NCBI GenBank assembly: GCA_902578135.1
Contig: CACHBU010000001.1
Span: 211,569-275,568, forward strand
Direction: 5' to 3'
Length of the DNA stretch: 64,000 bases
From: an uncultured Candidatus Actinomarina sp.
GTDB taxonomy: Bacteria; Actinomycetota; Acidimicrobiia; Actinomarinales; Actinomarinaceae
Part shown: positions 1 through 9,353 of the stretch, piece after piece
Layout: the number at the start of each line of letters is the position of its first letter
How positions within the stretch are numbered: position 1 is the stretch's first letter
Position numbers and translations under genes: made by a program
The notes under the pieces: generated by a model
What the model was told of the DNA's origin: nothing
Databases searched by the model: none
The model's input: the letters and a program-made list of their open reading frames with translations, nothing else

Positions 1-653
1 TCTTCGTTAATGTCGAAAAGGGTTTTTGCGACACCATATCCAATAAACACAGACCTGTCTAGGTCAGGATGAATTTTTAACTCTTCTAATATACCAACTA
101 CACCAAACCACTCGTTTTCAATTAGTATTTTTGTTGGCTTAGTTAAGTTATTAATTCCTAATCTTTGAGCTGTTACACTTCCTAAAACTGTTACTGGGAT
201 ATCAGATAATCCATCTTGTATAAATCTTCCATCGGCTAAATCTCCACCAATAACATCTAGAAGTTCGGCACTAGTAATTATTGTCGAGATGCCGCCACCT
301 TCAAATTCAGAAATAAAATTGCTTCTCCTGACTAATAGGTCTGTCTGTGTAGTTGAAGTAACTTCTTGAACGGGGCCGATTCTTTCAACCATTCCTAAAA
401 CACCTTTAGGAAGTTCTTCTTGGGTCCCAAAAAATCCAGCTTGTGGTGATGCTTTGACTAGATTTGTACCTAGAGATTCTAAAGTTGAAAGAAGATCTGC
501 TCTTCCAGATGCTGAAATTCCAGACACAGCAACTATTGCTGCAATACCGATACCTATTCCTATAGAGGTGAGTGTTGCTCTTCCTTTTCTTGCACGAACG
601 CCATACAGAGCTACAAAGAACAAATCTTTAGTTTTTAATCTTTTTCTTTTCAT
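1..653 (-). CDS. ABC transporter permease, MacB/FtsX-type (N-terminal part; gene runs off the window edge)
   Basis: Absent from the ORF track because it is open-ended. My translation from the ATG at 653-651 (ATGA overlap with the stop of the upstream ATPase) reads MKRKRLKTKDLFFVALYGVRARKGRATLTSIGIGIGIAAIVAV... This gives a basic N-terminus, TM1 and the start of an extracytoplasmic domain, as in MacB-like permeases. It follows the adaptor and ATPase genes. Confidence 0.75.
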   Translation of the reverse strand, partial: MKRKRLKTKDLFFVALYGVRARKGRATLTSIGIGIGIAAIVAVSGISASGRADLLSTLESLGTNLVKASPQAGFFGTQEELPKGVLGMVERIGPVQEVTSTTQTDLLVRRSNFISEFEGGGISTIITSAELLDVIGGDLADGRFIQDGLSDIPVTVLGSVTAQRLGINNLTKPTKILIENEWFGVVGILEELKIHPDLDRSVFIGYGVAKTLFDINE

Positions 654-1333
654 TTACTTACGATTTTTCCATCAACTAATTCAATAACTTTTTTAAACAT
701 ATTTGCATGTTCCTGGTTGTGGGTAATCATTATGACCGTTTTTCCTTGATTATTAAGGTCTTTTAAAATATTTAAAATATTTATACCAGATTCTTTATCA
801 AGATTTCCAGTTGGTTCGTCTGCTAACACAAATGCTGGATCTTGAACAAGTGCTCTTGCTATTGCGACTCTTTGCTGCTGTCCACCAGATAATTCTTTTG
901 GAAGGTGAGTTAATCTGTCAGCTAAACCTACTTGATCTAAAACTTCTTTTGCTTTTTCTAGTCTTTCAGTTCTAGAAATACCTTGATAAAGGAGTCCTTC
1001 AGCTACATTTTCTTGAGCAGTCAGTCCAGGTAAAAGAAAGAAGCTTTGAAAAATAAATCCTATTTTTTCTCCCCTAAATTTAGAAAGTTCATTATCAGAA
1101 AGTTTTGAAACATCGCTTTCTTCAATCTCAATTGACCCTTCTGTTATGCTATCCAGTAATCCAATCATGTTAAGTAAGGTTGATTTTCCACTTCCAGATT
1201 GACCCACTATCGCTACAAAGTCACCTTCCTTTACCTCAATAGATACTCCATCTAAAGCTCTTACGGGGGGTGGACCTTCGTAAACTTTGGAAATATTGTT
1301 TATAGATATTACAGTTTTAGTACTGGTTTTCAT
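650..1333 (-). CDS. ABC transporter ATP-binding protein (MacB/LolD-like)
   Basis: Walker A GQSGSGKST, signature LSGGQQQRVAIARAL, Walker B FVLADEPTGNLD, H-loop ITHN. It overlaps both neighbours by 4 nt. Confidence 0.92.
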   Translation of the reverse strand: MKTSTKTVISINNISKVYEGPPPVRALDGVSIEVKEGDFVAIVGQSGSGKSTLLNMIGLLDSITEGSIEIEESDVSKLSDNELSKFRGEKIGFIFQSFFLLPGLTAQENVAEGLLYQGISRTERLEKAKEVLDQVGLADRLTHLPKELSGGQQQRVAIARALVQDPAFVLADEPTGNLDKESGINILNILKDLNNQGKTVIMITHNQEHANMFKKVIELVDGKIVSK

Positions 1334-2895
1334 CTTGGAACGACTACGATTTGACCTTCTGAGATGTTACCTTTTACTTCAACAAAACCGTCTGTAAAAA
1401 CTCCTATTTCTACAGCAACGTAGCTGGTGTCAACTCCAGACTCTCCCTCGAAGGTACCTCCCTCGACTTCTCCATCATAAACTTCTAGGGCATAACCACC
1501 TTCTGCCAATGCAAGTAGTGCATTTACAGGAACATACAAGACATTTTGAGATACTTCAGTTGTTACAAATACTTTTACAGGTGCTTGATCGTAAGCTTCA
1601 ATTTCTTCGGGGTTAAGAACTTCTAACGTTACTTCTATAAATTCTCCTGCTTGAGTTTGTGTCACAACTTGATCAATGAATGTAATTACTGTTGGGACTC
1701 TTTCGTCTGTTGGAAGTTCTATCTGAACACTATCTCCAAGAGATACTGTTTCTTGGTCTGAGGCATCTACCTGAAAAACTACTTCTATTCCTGTTGAAGA
1801 AATATTATATAAAGGTGAATTTAAAGCTACAGCAGACCCTACGTCATTAATGTATGATCCAACAATAACTGAAGTTTTTGAAGCAAAAGCATTAGTAGGG
1901 CTAAATGTTTCTGATACAGCACTTAATTTTAATTCAACTAATTCTTCTCTTGCTTTTTGTAATTCAGCCTCTCTATTAACACCTTCATTGTAAGACTCAA
2001 GAGCTTCGTCATAAGCTTTCTGTGCATTTTCAATAGCTAGGGCTTCTGTAGCATCAATTCCAGATTCTTTTCCTGCTTCCCTGCTTTGTATACGTTCTTG
2101 TGCTTTAATGTCTTCTTCATAATCTGCCTTCTTCCCAGCTCGGGTTTCTTCAGACATGGATTCATACTTGAGCTCATCTATTAAATTACGAATTCTTTCA
2201 ATCTCTGCATCTGCAGCCTGCCAAGCAGCATTTTCTTTTGTTGCATTTTCTATTGCGTCATCTAATAGTTTTTTCTTATTATCAACTTCTTTGAGAGTTG
2301 TTCCTCCTTCAGCAACAATTTCTTCAAGGTTTTCGATTTCATTTTCTTTTTGGTTTATTAAAACTTGTTCGCTTGGAGTAATCTCTGATTTGGTTTCAAT
2401 TCCATAATCAATATATAATTTATTTAGCATTTGTGATGTTTCGGCGTCAAAAATATTATCTGGTACAAAAGAGCTTTCTGCGTAGCCTAAATAAACTAAA
2501 GCTTCTTCAACTTGTTTAACGTCAACACCAGGATCCGAATTTAAATCAAGAGTTCTATAAAAGGGAGTACTTCCTTCAAGCAGTATTACTGGTTTATTGT
2601 CAATAATGAAAAGTATCTCTCCAAAGTTAATTATTGTGCCTTCTTTAGGTAGAAAAGTAACAACTCCATTGGTTGGTGAGTTAAGAACTTTTTTGTCTGT
2701 CTGCCTTAATGTTCCGTTGTACTCTTCTTTTTTTGCTAAGTCACCTTTTTGTATGGCAACTGTAGTTAGTTCTAAAGTTTTATTATTAGAGGATGTGTCG
2801 ATATTTTGTGTGCCAAAATAGTATCCGCCATAAGCCAAACCAGCTAATGCAATTAGTATGGAGAGGTTTTTTAATTTAAATATATTTTTTATCAT
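1330..2895 (-). CDS. Membrane-anchored periplasmic adaptor (HlyD/MFP-like) with a peptidoglycan-binding-like segment and a long coiled coil
   Basis: N-terminal TM segment LSILIALAGLAYGGYYF. VKQVEEALVYLGY resembles a PG_binding_1 helix. A roughly 140 aa E/K/A-rich coiled coil follows. The C-terminus GFVEVKGNISEGQIVVVP is typical of MFP adaptors. The gene is translationally coupled to the ABC ATPase. Confidence 0.65.
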   Translation of the reverse strand: MIKNIFKLKNLSILIALAGLAYGGYYFGTQNIDTSSNNKTLELTTVAIQKGDLAKKEEYNGTLRQTDKKVLNSPTNGVVTFLPKEGTIINFGEILFIIDNKPVILLEGSTPFYRTLDLNSDPGVDVKQVEEALVYLGYAESSFVPDNIFDAETSQMLNKLYIDYGIETKSEITPSEQVLINQKENEIENLEEIVAEGGTTLKEVDNKKKLLDDAIENATKENAAWQAADAEIERIRNLIDELKYESMSEETRAGKKADYEEDIKAQERIQSREAGKESGIDATEALAIENAQKAYDEALESYNEGVNREAELQKAREELVELKLSAVSETFSPTNAFASKTSVIVGSYINDVGSAVALNSPLYNISSTGIEVVFQVDASDQETVSLGDSVQIELPTDERVPTVITFIDQVVTQTQAGEFIEVTLEVLNPEEIEAYDQAPVKVFVTTEVSQNVLYVPVNALLALAEGGYALEVYDGEVEGGTFEGESGVDTSYVAVEIGVFTDGFVEVKGNISEGQIVVVPR

Positions 2896-2958
2896 TGTTC
2901 TAATTCAATTAGTTTATTAAATCTACACGCTTTCTGTGAAATTATTTTATTAAGTTTT

Positions 2959-3558
2959 TTATTCATCCCATTCATCATCCTTTAATTCATCTGGAAGATT
3001 TTCTTCGCATGCTTGCCATGTTTGTACAATTGGGTCGTCTTCTCTAAGTTCCCAATCATCATCAATATAAGCATCTAACCTAACTTCTCGGTTGAAATAG
3101 TTTGGATCAGGTACTTTTGGATAGCCATTTTCTCGAAAACATTTTGCCATGAATAGGGATCTATCAATCTCTTTTGAAACCTGGACAGGATCTTCAAACT
3201 GATTTTCGTCAGCCACACCCCACAAGTTATACTTTAAAGCACATTCCTCAATAATACTCCAAAGTTCTTGTGCCTCTTGTTCAGTTATTGTTTCAAAATA
3301 TGAAGCTATAGTCGTATATAGGTCCAGAAAGTTTTTTGGCTCTTTAAATTTATAACCAGACTCATTTACACATTGGACAAGAACTAAAGGAGCATCTTCA
3401 TCTGAAATTTCTTCTCGTTCGTCTGCTAAGTCAACACCCAAAGCAATTGCCTCTTTACCTTTGTCGGTATCTGCAACAGAGATAACAGCTTGCTCGTCTT
3501 GTTGAAAAAAAGAGCATGCTGATAAAAAGATTAATACAACTGATGCTTTTTTATACAT
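2959..3558 (-). CDS. Secreted Cys-containing lipoprotein, tandem paralogue 3 of 3 (unknown function)
   Basis: I prefer the internal ATG at 3558 (MYKKASVVLIFLSAC, lipobox LSAC), which removes the overlap with the upstream gene. It shares two internal repeats with the two upstream ORFs: VQCVNESGYKFKEP and AKCFRENGYPKVPDP, plus EECALKYNLWG. Confidence 0.6.
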   Translation of the reverse strand: MYKKASVVLIFLSACSFFQQDEQAVISVADTDKGKEAIALGVDLADEREEISDEDAPLVLVQCVNESGYKFKEPKNFLDLYTTIASYFETITEQEAQELWSIIEECALKYNLWGVADENQFEDPVQVSKEIDRSLFMAKCFRENGYPKVPDPNYFNREVRLDAYIDDDWELREDDPIVQTWQACEENLPDELKDDEWDE

Positions 3559-3583
3559 AGGAAAATTATAAAGAAACCTAGTC

Positions 3584-4168
3584 TTATCCTCCACCTTGTT
3601 CTGGCGGTTCAAGTCCGAGGTCATCAAAGCACTCTGCAGCAGCTTCTCTAATTTGATCTTCAAGATATTGTCCAGACTGTACTAATCCAACAAGAATTGG
3701 CCTTAGGGGTCTGTCTGCACTTGGGTCTTCAACCTCTATACCTTTTTCCCTCAAACATTGAGCAAACTCAAGTTCTGTATCGAGCCTATCTGCAACATCT
3801 TCTGGATTTTCAAAATCTGCGTTATCTCCTAATGGTATATTGTTTTCTTCTGCACATGCTTGAATAGTCTCAAAAAGTTGTGTTCTTCCTTTTTCATTAG
3901 CTGCAAGAAAAATTGGCGTTAAAACACTTCTAAGACCTTGATCATTTTTTGGATCTTTGACGTCATAGCCATTGTCCCTTAAGCATCTTGCCATTAAAAG
4001 CTGGGCATCTTCAGGTGATAAATTGTCTTCAATAATATTTTCTACAATTGTTGTAACTGTAGTGACTGTAGATAGATCTTCTATGGAAACTACACCTTGT
4101 GAACTATCTGGAGCTGAACACGCAGCAATCAAAATAGACATAAAGATTATTAAGCAATTATTTTTCAT
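3584..4168 (-). CDS. Secreted Cys-containing lipoprotein, tandem paralogue 2 of 3 (unknown function)
   Basis: Signal peptide with lipobox IAAC. Repeats ARCLRDNGYDVKDP and AQCLREKGIEVEDP. The Cys motif IQACAEENNIPLG matches its neighbours. Confidence 0.6.
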   Translation of the reverse strand: MKNNCLIIFMSILIAACSAPDSSQGVVSIEDLSTVTTVTTIVENIIEDNLSPEDAQLLMARCLRDNGYDVKDPKNDQGLRSVLTPIFLAANEKGRTQLFETIQACAEENNIPLGDNADFENPEDVADRLDTELEFAQCLREKGIEVEDPSADRPLRPILVGLVQSGQYLEDQIREAAAECFDDLGLEPPEQGGG

Positions 4169-4664
4169 ATCCTAATTCACCATATCCACACTCTTTTAAT
4201 AATGGAGAAATTTCCTCTTTTGATTTATCTAATTCACTTAAATCTATTTTAGGTTCTTGTTGAGTTGGGTCTGAGACGTTGATGCCTTTTTCTCTTAAAC
4301 ATTTCGCTAGTTGAAGATTTTCATCATATAGTTTTGCAAGATCATCTGGGTTTGATGAAGATGAATCTGACCACAGATTATATTTATTTATACAATAATT
4401 AATGTCTTCTCCTAACTGTGATTCCTCATCTTTAGTATTACTTAATTGACTAATAGTTGTTTTCAAGTCTTGTATATCAAAAGGGGTTGCAATGTTGTAA
4501 CCCTTTTCTTTATTTAAACATTGAGTTAAAACAATCGGATAGTCTTCTTCTGCAATTACTAAAGAAGTGGTCGTGGTATCTGTTAGAGAAGCTACTCCTT
4601 CATTACTGGTTGTTGAGCATAAGTTTATAAAAAGAATAAAAATTAAAAGATTTACTTTTTTCAA
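4158..4664 (-). CDS. Secreted Cys-containing lipoprotein, tandem paralogue 1 of 3 (unknown function)
   Basis: Signal peptide with lipobox INLC. Repeats TQCLNKEKGYNIATP and AKCLREKGINVSDP. INYCINKYNLWS matches the ALKYNLWG motif of paralogue 3. Confidence 0.6.
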   Translation of the reverse strand: MKKVNLLIFILFINLCSTTSNEGVASLTDTTTTSLVIAEEDYPIVLTQCLNKEKGYNIATPFDIQDLKTTISQLSNTKDEESQLGEDINYCINKYNLWSDSSSSNPDDLAKLYDENLQLAKCLREKGINVSDPTQQEPKIDLSELDKSKEEISPLLKECGYGELGYEK

Positions 4665-4666
4665 AT

Positions 4667-5758
4667 TTATTTATTCCTTAAACCAAACAAGGGTCTTAAT
4701 AGTTTGATATTTTTTACAGCATGGTAAATAGTTAGAGATAAGAAACAAATTAAAAATAAAGCAATTGGAAATTTTATTATTGGATGAATGTTTGATCCAG
4801 CAAAAAAATACATGACTGCCATTTGTACCGGCAGGTGAACAATATATACAGGATAAACAGCTGTTTTGTAATATGTTAATTGTGGTGAATCTTTGTTTAG
4901 GTAAACTGCAGCAATGCCGAGAAGTGCAAAAATAAAATTAAAAGACTCAAAAGCTATCAGCCTGTTGTCTAAGGCGTAGTCTTCAAGGAAATTGTTAAAA
5001 AATCTGTAAAAATATGATGTTGCACCTAATCCTAGATGTAACCGCCAATTTTTTTTATTCGATTCCCAAAATGCATCCCCCTGAGAAGTGAGAATTATTC
5101 CTATAAAAAACCATAGAAAGCCAAGTAGAAAACCATGGTCTGTAAGCGCATATGAGTTGTAATAATCTCCATATGTTTCAGTTTTAAACCTTGATAGATT
5201 CAATAGGTGCCCCTCAGCTATTATGGGAATTGCGAATAAAAATATGCCTCCAGGTTTGTTGAGTAATGAAGCAATAAAGTTTTCTTTTGAGATAAAATTC
5301 AAAATCGGAATAAGAACTATGCAGTAAACAAAAATATTAATCAAAAACCATAGATGTAGCCCGTCATACTCTAAAACAAAGAAAACAGCTTCGCTAATTT
5401 CGTCTAGCCACCAATAGTTATAATATCTTCCGACAATCAAAGCAGAAGAGGTTGAAAATACAAGAGTTCCAAATAACCAGGGTAAGATAAGGATTTTTCC
5501 TCTCTCTTTGAATATCTGCATCTTAGTTCTTTTGCTAAATGAAAGCCTTAGAGCGACTCCTGCAATTAAGAAAACAAGGGGTATTCTCCAGTTGTTCATG
5601 ATGTTTAATAACGGCCATACACCCCCTGACATTCTTTTGTTCTGAACAAAGAGTATTTGTGGAGCAATCAAAGTGAATGAAATTCCGAGATGATAAAAAA
5701 TAAGAAGAAACATTGCTATGGATCGCAATGCATCAATATCATATCTTCTTTGATTCAT
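4667..5758 (-). CDS. Integral-membrane acyltransferase (acyltransferase-3/OpgC-like family)
   Basis: The N-terminus RRYDIDALRSIAMFLLIFYHLG matches the R-x-x-x-D-x-L-R...H signature of acyltransferase family 3. About 10 hydrophobic segments. Confidence 0.6.
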   Translation of the reverse strand: MNQRRYDIDALRSIAMFLLIFYHLGISFTLIAPQILFVQNKRMSGGVWPLLNIMNNWRIPLVFLIAGVALRLSFSKRTKMQIFKERGKILILPWLFGTLVFSTSSALIVGRYYNYWWLDEISEAVFFVLEYDGLHLWFLINIFVYCIVLIPILNFISKENFIASLLNKPGGIFLFAIPIIAEGHLLNLSRFKTETYGDYYNSYALTDHGFLLGFLWFFIGIILTSQGDAFWESNKKNWRLHLGLGATSYFYRFFNNFLEDYALDNRLIAFESFNFIFALLGIAAVYLNKDSPQLTYYKTAVYPVYIVHLPVQMAVMYFFAGSNIHPIIKFPIALFLICFLSLTIYHAVKNIKLLRPLFGLRNK

Positions 5759-5786
5759 ATGAACAATATTACAGCTTAAGAGGTGA

Positions 5787-6221
5787 TTAATTAAACTTCA
5801 GTTTTGCTTTAAGTTCTTCAGTAATGGGTGTTGGCTTCATTGTAGTTTGATCTGTGTAGACATGAACAGCCTCGCAAGAGCTAACTAAATCCCCTGCTTC
5901 TTTTAGAAACATTCCCATAATCCAAGTCATGCTCGAATTCCCTATTTCTTTTACTTTGACGCCAATTTCTATATCTTGATCAAAGTAAAGAGGTTTGTTG
6001 TACTGAACTAACACCTGTACGGTGTGAAAATCTTTTTTTGTCTCTTCGATATCGCTCAAGTAGTCGTAATTAACATGCTTAAAATAGGCAGTAATTGCTT
6101 GATCAAAAAATGCGACGTGATTAGCGTTGTGCATTACTCCTTGAGGATCTAGTTCGTAGTATCGAACTGTTGCCTCCCAAAAAACTTCAAATTGGTCTTT
6201 TGATAGTTTTATTTTTGACAC
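5787..6221 (-). CDS. Acyl-CoA thioesterase, hotdog fold (YbgC/4HBT-like)
   Basis: 144 aa. VRYYELDPQGVMHNANHVAFFDQA matches the catalytic Asp region of 4HBT/YbgC thioesterases. Confidence 0.7.
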   Translation of the reverse strand: MSKIKLSKDQFEVFWEATVRYYELDPQGVMHNANHVAFFDQAITAYFKHVNYDYLSDIEETKKDFHTVQVLVQYNKPLYFDQDIEIGVKVKEIGNSSMTWIMGMFLKEAGDLVSSCEAVHVYTDQTTMKPTPITEELKAKLKFN

Positions 6222-7424
6222 TTAAACAAATATTTGGGTTTTTGGTTGTATTCCGCCGGTAAGCGGCATGGCATATTCAAAAAAGTCATTTGTAACATAT
6301 GGTTTGGATTCGTCTAAAAATTCCTTAGGCATGTCTTTTGTGTGTTTAGCGACTTTGCTCAAATCTACAACATCAACATCGCAGTGGTATGTTTCTGACA
6401 GTTGTCTTTTAAGAACTACCGATCCACTCTGTAATTCTTTTGAAGAAACCACAGCATGGTGTCCAACCCTCTCAGCTTCTTCAGCGTCTATATCGGATAC
6501 ATCGGCTAAAAATGATCTCTGTAAATAACCAAAGGTGTCCGCCCTAACTCTTGCACCATCAATATGTTGCGAAACTATATTTGTTAATGTATCACCTAGC
6601 GCACCTGAGCCTGAAAGTTGGATGTTCCCATGGCTATCTTTTTTTCCTGCCAGTCCAGAGCCTGTTTCGCTAGCATATGTTTGAAGAAAATATTCACCAT
6701 CTTCGTTGTGAATTCCTTCAGAAACAGCAACTACACACCTTCCAAGCGAATCATATACTTCTTTAACTTCTTTCAAAAAGGTTTCAATGTTGAACACTTT
6801 TTCAGGGACATATACTAAATGCGGACCATCTTCTTCGGTAGATTTCCCCAAGGTACTTGCAGCAGTAAGCCACCCCGCATGTCTGCCCATTAAAACGTTT
6901 ATTTTAATACCTCTGAGACTCCTGTTGTCTGCATCATCGCCCTGAAAAGCATGAGCTACAAATCGAGCTGCTGAACCGTATCCGGGACAATGGTCTGTTT
7001 CACGTAAATCATTGTCAATTGTTTTAGGTATATGGAATGCTTTCATTTCATATCCTATAGATTTTGCCCCTTCAGAAACTAAATTAGCTGTTTCAGCCGA
7101 ATCATTACCTCCTATGTAGAAAAAGTTTCTGATATTCTGTTGTTCAAATATTGAAACAAGTTTTTCTATATCTGAATCAGTAGGCTTTTTTCTTACTGAA
7201 CCTAAAGCTGCAGCAGGTGTTTTTCCAATGCCATAAAGTTGTGCTTCAGAGAGATTTGAAAGATCTACAAAATCTTCATTGAGCATTCCTTCTAGTCCGT
7301 GCTTTGCTCCTAGGATTTCATCAAAATCTGATTTAGTTGCTTCTTTAATAAAGCCCACTAGTGATCTGTTTATGACAGCTGTTGGACCGCCTGATTGTCC
7401 AATAACTGCTTTGCCTAGTGGCAT
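6222..7424 (-). CDS. 6-phosphofructokinase family, probably the pyrophosphate-dependent type
   Basis: GQSGGPTAVINRSL, IGGNDSAETA, IPKTIDNDL and PGYGSAA motifs. The 400 aa length and GGND instead of GGDG fit the PPi-PFK clades. Donor specificity is not proven. Confidence 0.85.
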   Translation of the reverse strand: MPLGKAVIGQSGGPTAVINRSLVGFIKEATKSDFDEILGAKHGLEGMLNEDFVDLSNLSEAQLYGIGKTPAAALGSVRKKPTDSDIEKLVSIFEQQNIRNFFYIGGNDSAETANLVSEGAKSIGYEMKAFHIPKTIDNDLRETDHCPGYGSAARFVAHAFQGDDADNRSLRGIKINVLMGRHAGWLTAASTLGKSTEEDGPHLVYVPEKVFNIETFLKEVKEVYDSLGRCVVAVSEGIHNEDGEYFLQTYASETGSGLAGKKDSHGNIQLSGSGALGDTLTNIVSQHIDGARVRADTFGYLQRSFLADVSDIDAEEAERVGHHAVVSSKELQSGSVVLKRQLSETYHCDVDVVDLSKVAKHTKDMPKEFLDESKPYVTNDFFEYAMPLTGGIQPKTQIFV

Positions 7425-7427
7425 TTT

Positions 7428-8336
7428 CTAACTCCCGTTTTGATATACCGAAATAAAGCTTAAATAAGAATTGGCAATTTCTGAAACTGCTTCTTCTCTG
7501 GATTTATCACCACTGTGCCAACCTTTAAGTGAGTTCCAAAATATTGATCTTCCAATTGCAAATCCCTTGTAGCCATCTACAGATGAGCCTGCTCTGAGCC
7601 ATTCATTAACTTTTTCATCATTCGCTCCTCTTCCCAGAACAACTGCAATTACATCTTCTCTTCCGCCATCTTTAATAACTTTTGAAACATTTTCATTGTC
7701 TTCAACGGTGTCTAGGCCTTCAATCTTCCATATATCTGGATCAGCACCTTTTTCCCTCATTTCCTCAACAACCTGGATGGCAAGCTTAGGTCTTATCTCA
7801 GAGTCATATTTAGCCTGGTCTCCATCTACACTTGCTAGCTGTTCTTCAGTCGCAGGCACTAAAAACTCTAAAAGAAACTTTCTTTCGTTTTCATCTAGCC
7901 AGTCTGAAAGAGTTTTTATTCTTTCACCTTGAACCTGTCTAGTATAAGAATCGTCACTAGGATTCCAACGTACAAGTATCTTTACAAAATCTGCATTCAC
8001 TTCTTTTATTTTTTCACCGAAATCACTACCGTATTCAAAGTCAAAAATCTTTTGTCCTGACTTTTCAGCGGGGGCTGCAAACTTTATTCCCATTTCTTTA
8101 GCTTTTTCTTGAACTTGAAGACCAAAAGTCTCATCAACAAGAATTGCTGGATCTCCTCCATTTATACCTTTGTTTTGTGCTTCAAGAAAACCGTCAAAAA
8201 TAATGTCTTTCATGGAAGATACACGAGAAACTTCATCCTCGGTCGGAGCTCTGCCTTCAACACCAAGAAGACCTTTTGTTAGTGTGCCTCTGTGGTCAAA
8301 TGCAAGAATGTATAAGTCGTTTGAATACCCTTTCAT
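7428..8336 (-). CDS. LacD/DUF2090-like class I aldolase-fold protein (putative sugar-bisphosphate aldolase)
   Basis: I prefer the ATG at 8336 (MKGYSNDLYILAFDHRG). LAFDHRG, FLLEFLVP, WKIEG and GFAIGRSIFW resemble tagatose-bisphosphate aldolase/DUF2090 TIM barrels. The gene sits 3 nt upstream of the PFK gene. Confidence 0.55.
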   Translation of the reverse strand: MKGYSNDLYILAFDHRGTLTKGLLGVEGRAPTEDEVSRVSSMKDIIFDGFLEAQNKGINGGDPAILVDETFGLQVQEKAKEMGIKFAAPAEKSGQKIFDFEYGSDFGEKIKEVNADFVKILVRWNPSDDSYTRQVQGERIKTLSDWLDENERKFLLEFLVPATEEQLASVDGDQAKYDSEIRPKLAIQVVEEMREKGADPDIWKIEGLDTVEDNENVSKVIKDGGREDVIAVVLGRGANDEKVNEWLRAGSSVDGYKGFAIGRSIFWNSLKGWHSGDKSREEAVSEIANSYLSFISVYQNGS

Positions 8337-8346
8337 GAACTCTCCT

Positions 8347-9267
8347 TTATACTTTTGCCCTTGTACTGTCTCGTGTGAGTACAAATAGCATAATTACTAA
8401 AAACAATAATGATACTAATAGTAAATAGTCTGAATATGGGTTGGTTTCAGCACTTTCTTCAAAAGTAGCTGATAAAGTTTCAACAAGCTCTAGCGTTGTT
8501 GTTCCCCAGTTGCTGGCTAATGTATCATCCAAAAAATATACATTGGAACTCTGAACTGCATTTATGTTTTCCCAACCATCTCTAATTGAAAGGTCTTTAT
8601 TTAAATAGTCAGAGTGTCCTACAACAATAAAGTCGGGGTTTGCTTCTATTACCATTTCTTCAGTTAATGCGGGGTATCCGCTTCCGAAAGGATCCTCCTC
8701 GGAGTTAGCAATATTTATAATTCCAAGTGAGTTGTAAATTTCTCCAATTAATGAGTTTGCATTTACACTATAAATTCCATAGGAATAACCAATTTCGTGA
8801 TATACGGTAATATTTTCATAATTTGAATTGCTTATGATTCTATTAATTGCAAGCTTCATATCTCTTATTTGTGTTTCTGCAACAGTTTTTTTATCTACTA
8901 ATTCTCCAATAATTTGAATCTGAGAATACACATCTTCAAGATTTCTAGCAGGAGGTAAAAGGATATGGTTAATCTCTTGTGCTTCCAATCCTTCAATAAT
9001 GCCATTGAAATCAAAAGCAACTATTACCATATCTGCATCAAGGGGTGCGAGTTCTTCAGCTGTGACTGTGTATGCGTCAATTCTTTGGACTGGGAAGTCA
9101 ACTTCAGAAAAAGCATCAACAGCAATTAATGTATTTTCTGCACCTAATGATTGAATAATTTCAGTGTGGGTTGTAGACAATGAAATAATTTTTACTTCAT
9201 TCTTTTCTTGCGCTTGATTTGAACACATTGATACAAACAAGGCAAGAATAATAAGTTTCGTTTTCAT
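8347..9267 (-). CDS. Periplasmic-binding-protein family (BtuF/siderophore class), putative cobalamin-binding lipoprotein with a C-terminal hydrophobic anchor
   Basis: I prefer the ATG at 9267 with RBS AAAGGAA (MKTKLIILALFVSMC, lipobox). KIISLSTTHTEIIQSLGAENTLIAVD is the typical Peripla_BP_2 start. The C-terminus LLLVSLLFLVIMLFVL is a TM-like tail. A cobalamin riboswitch lies directly upstream. Confidence 0.7.
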   Translation of the reverse strand: MKTKLIILALFVSMCSNQAQEKNEVKIISLSTTHTEIIQSLGAENTLIAVDAFSEVDFPVQRIDAYTVTAEELAPLDADMVIVAFDFNGIIEGLEAQEINHILLPPARNLEDVYSQIQIIGELVDKKTVAETQIRDMKLAINRIISNSNYENITVYHEIGYSYGIYSVNANSLIGEIYNSLGIINIANSEEDPFGSGYPALTEEMVIEANPDFIVVGHSDYLNKDLSIRDGWENINAVQSSNVYFLDDTLASNWGTTTLELVETLSATFEESAETNPYSDYLLLVSLLFLVIMLFVLTRDSTRAKV

Positions 9268-9353
9268 ATTTTCCTTTCTTACCTTGAGAAAATAAAGAAA
9301 CTTCAAGAATTTATAGAAACTTCATTCCTTCTCTCGAGGACTGTTGTCTTAAC

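Noticed and set aside
454-687. Plus-strand track ORF 454-687.
   Set aside because: It is antisense to the N-terminus of the MacB-like permease, whose translation has a clear family pattern and an ATGA-coupled start. It is a shadow ORF.
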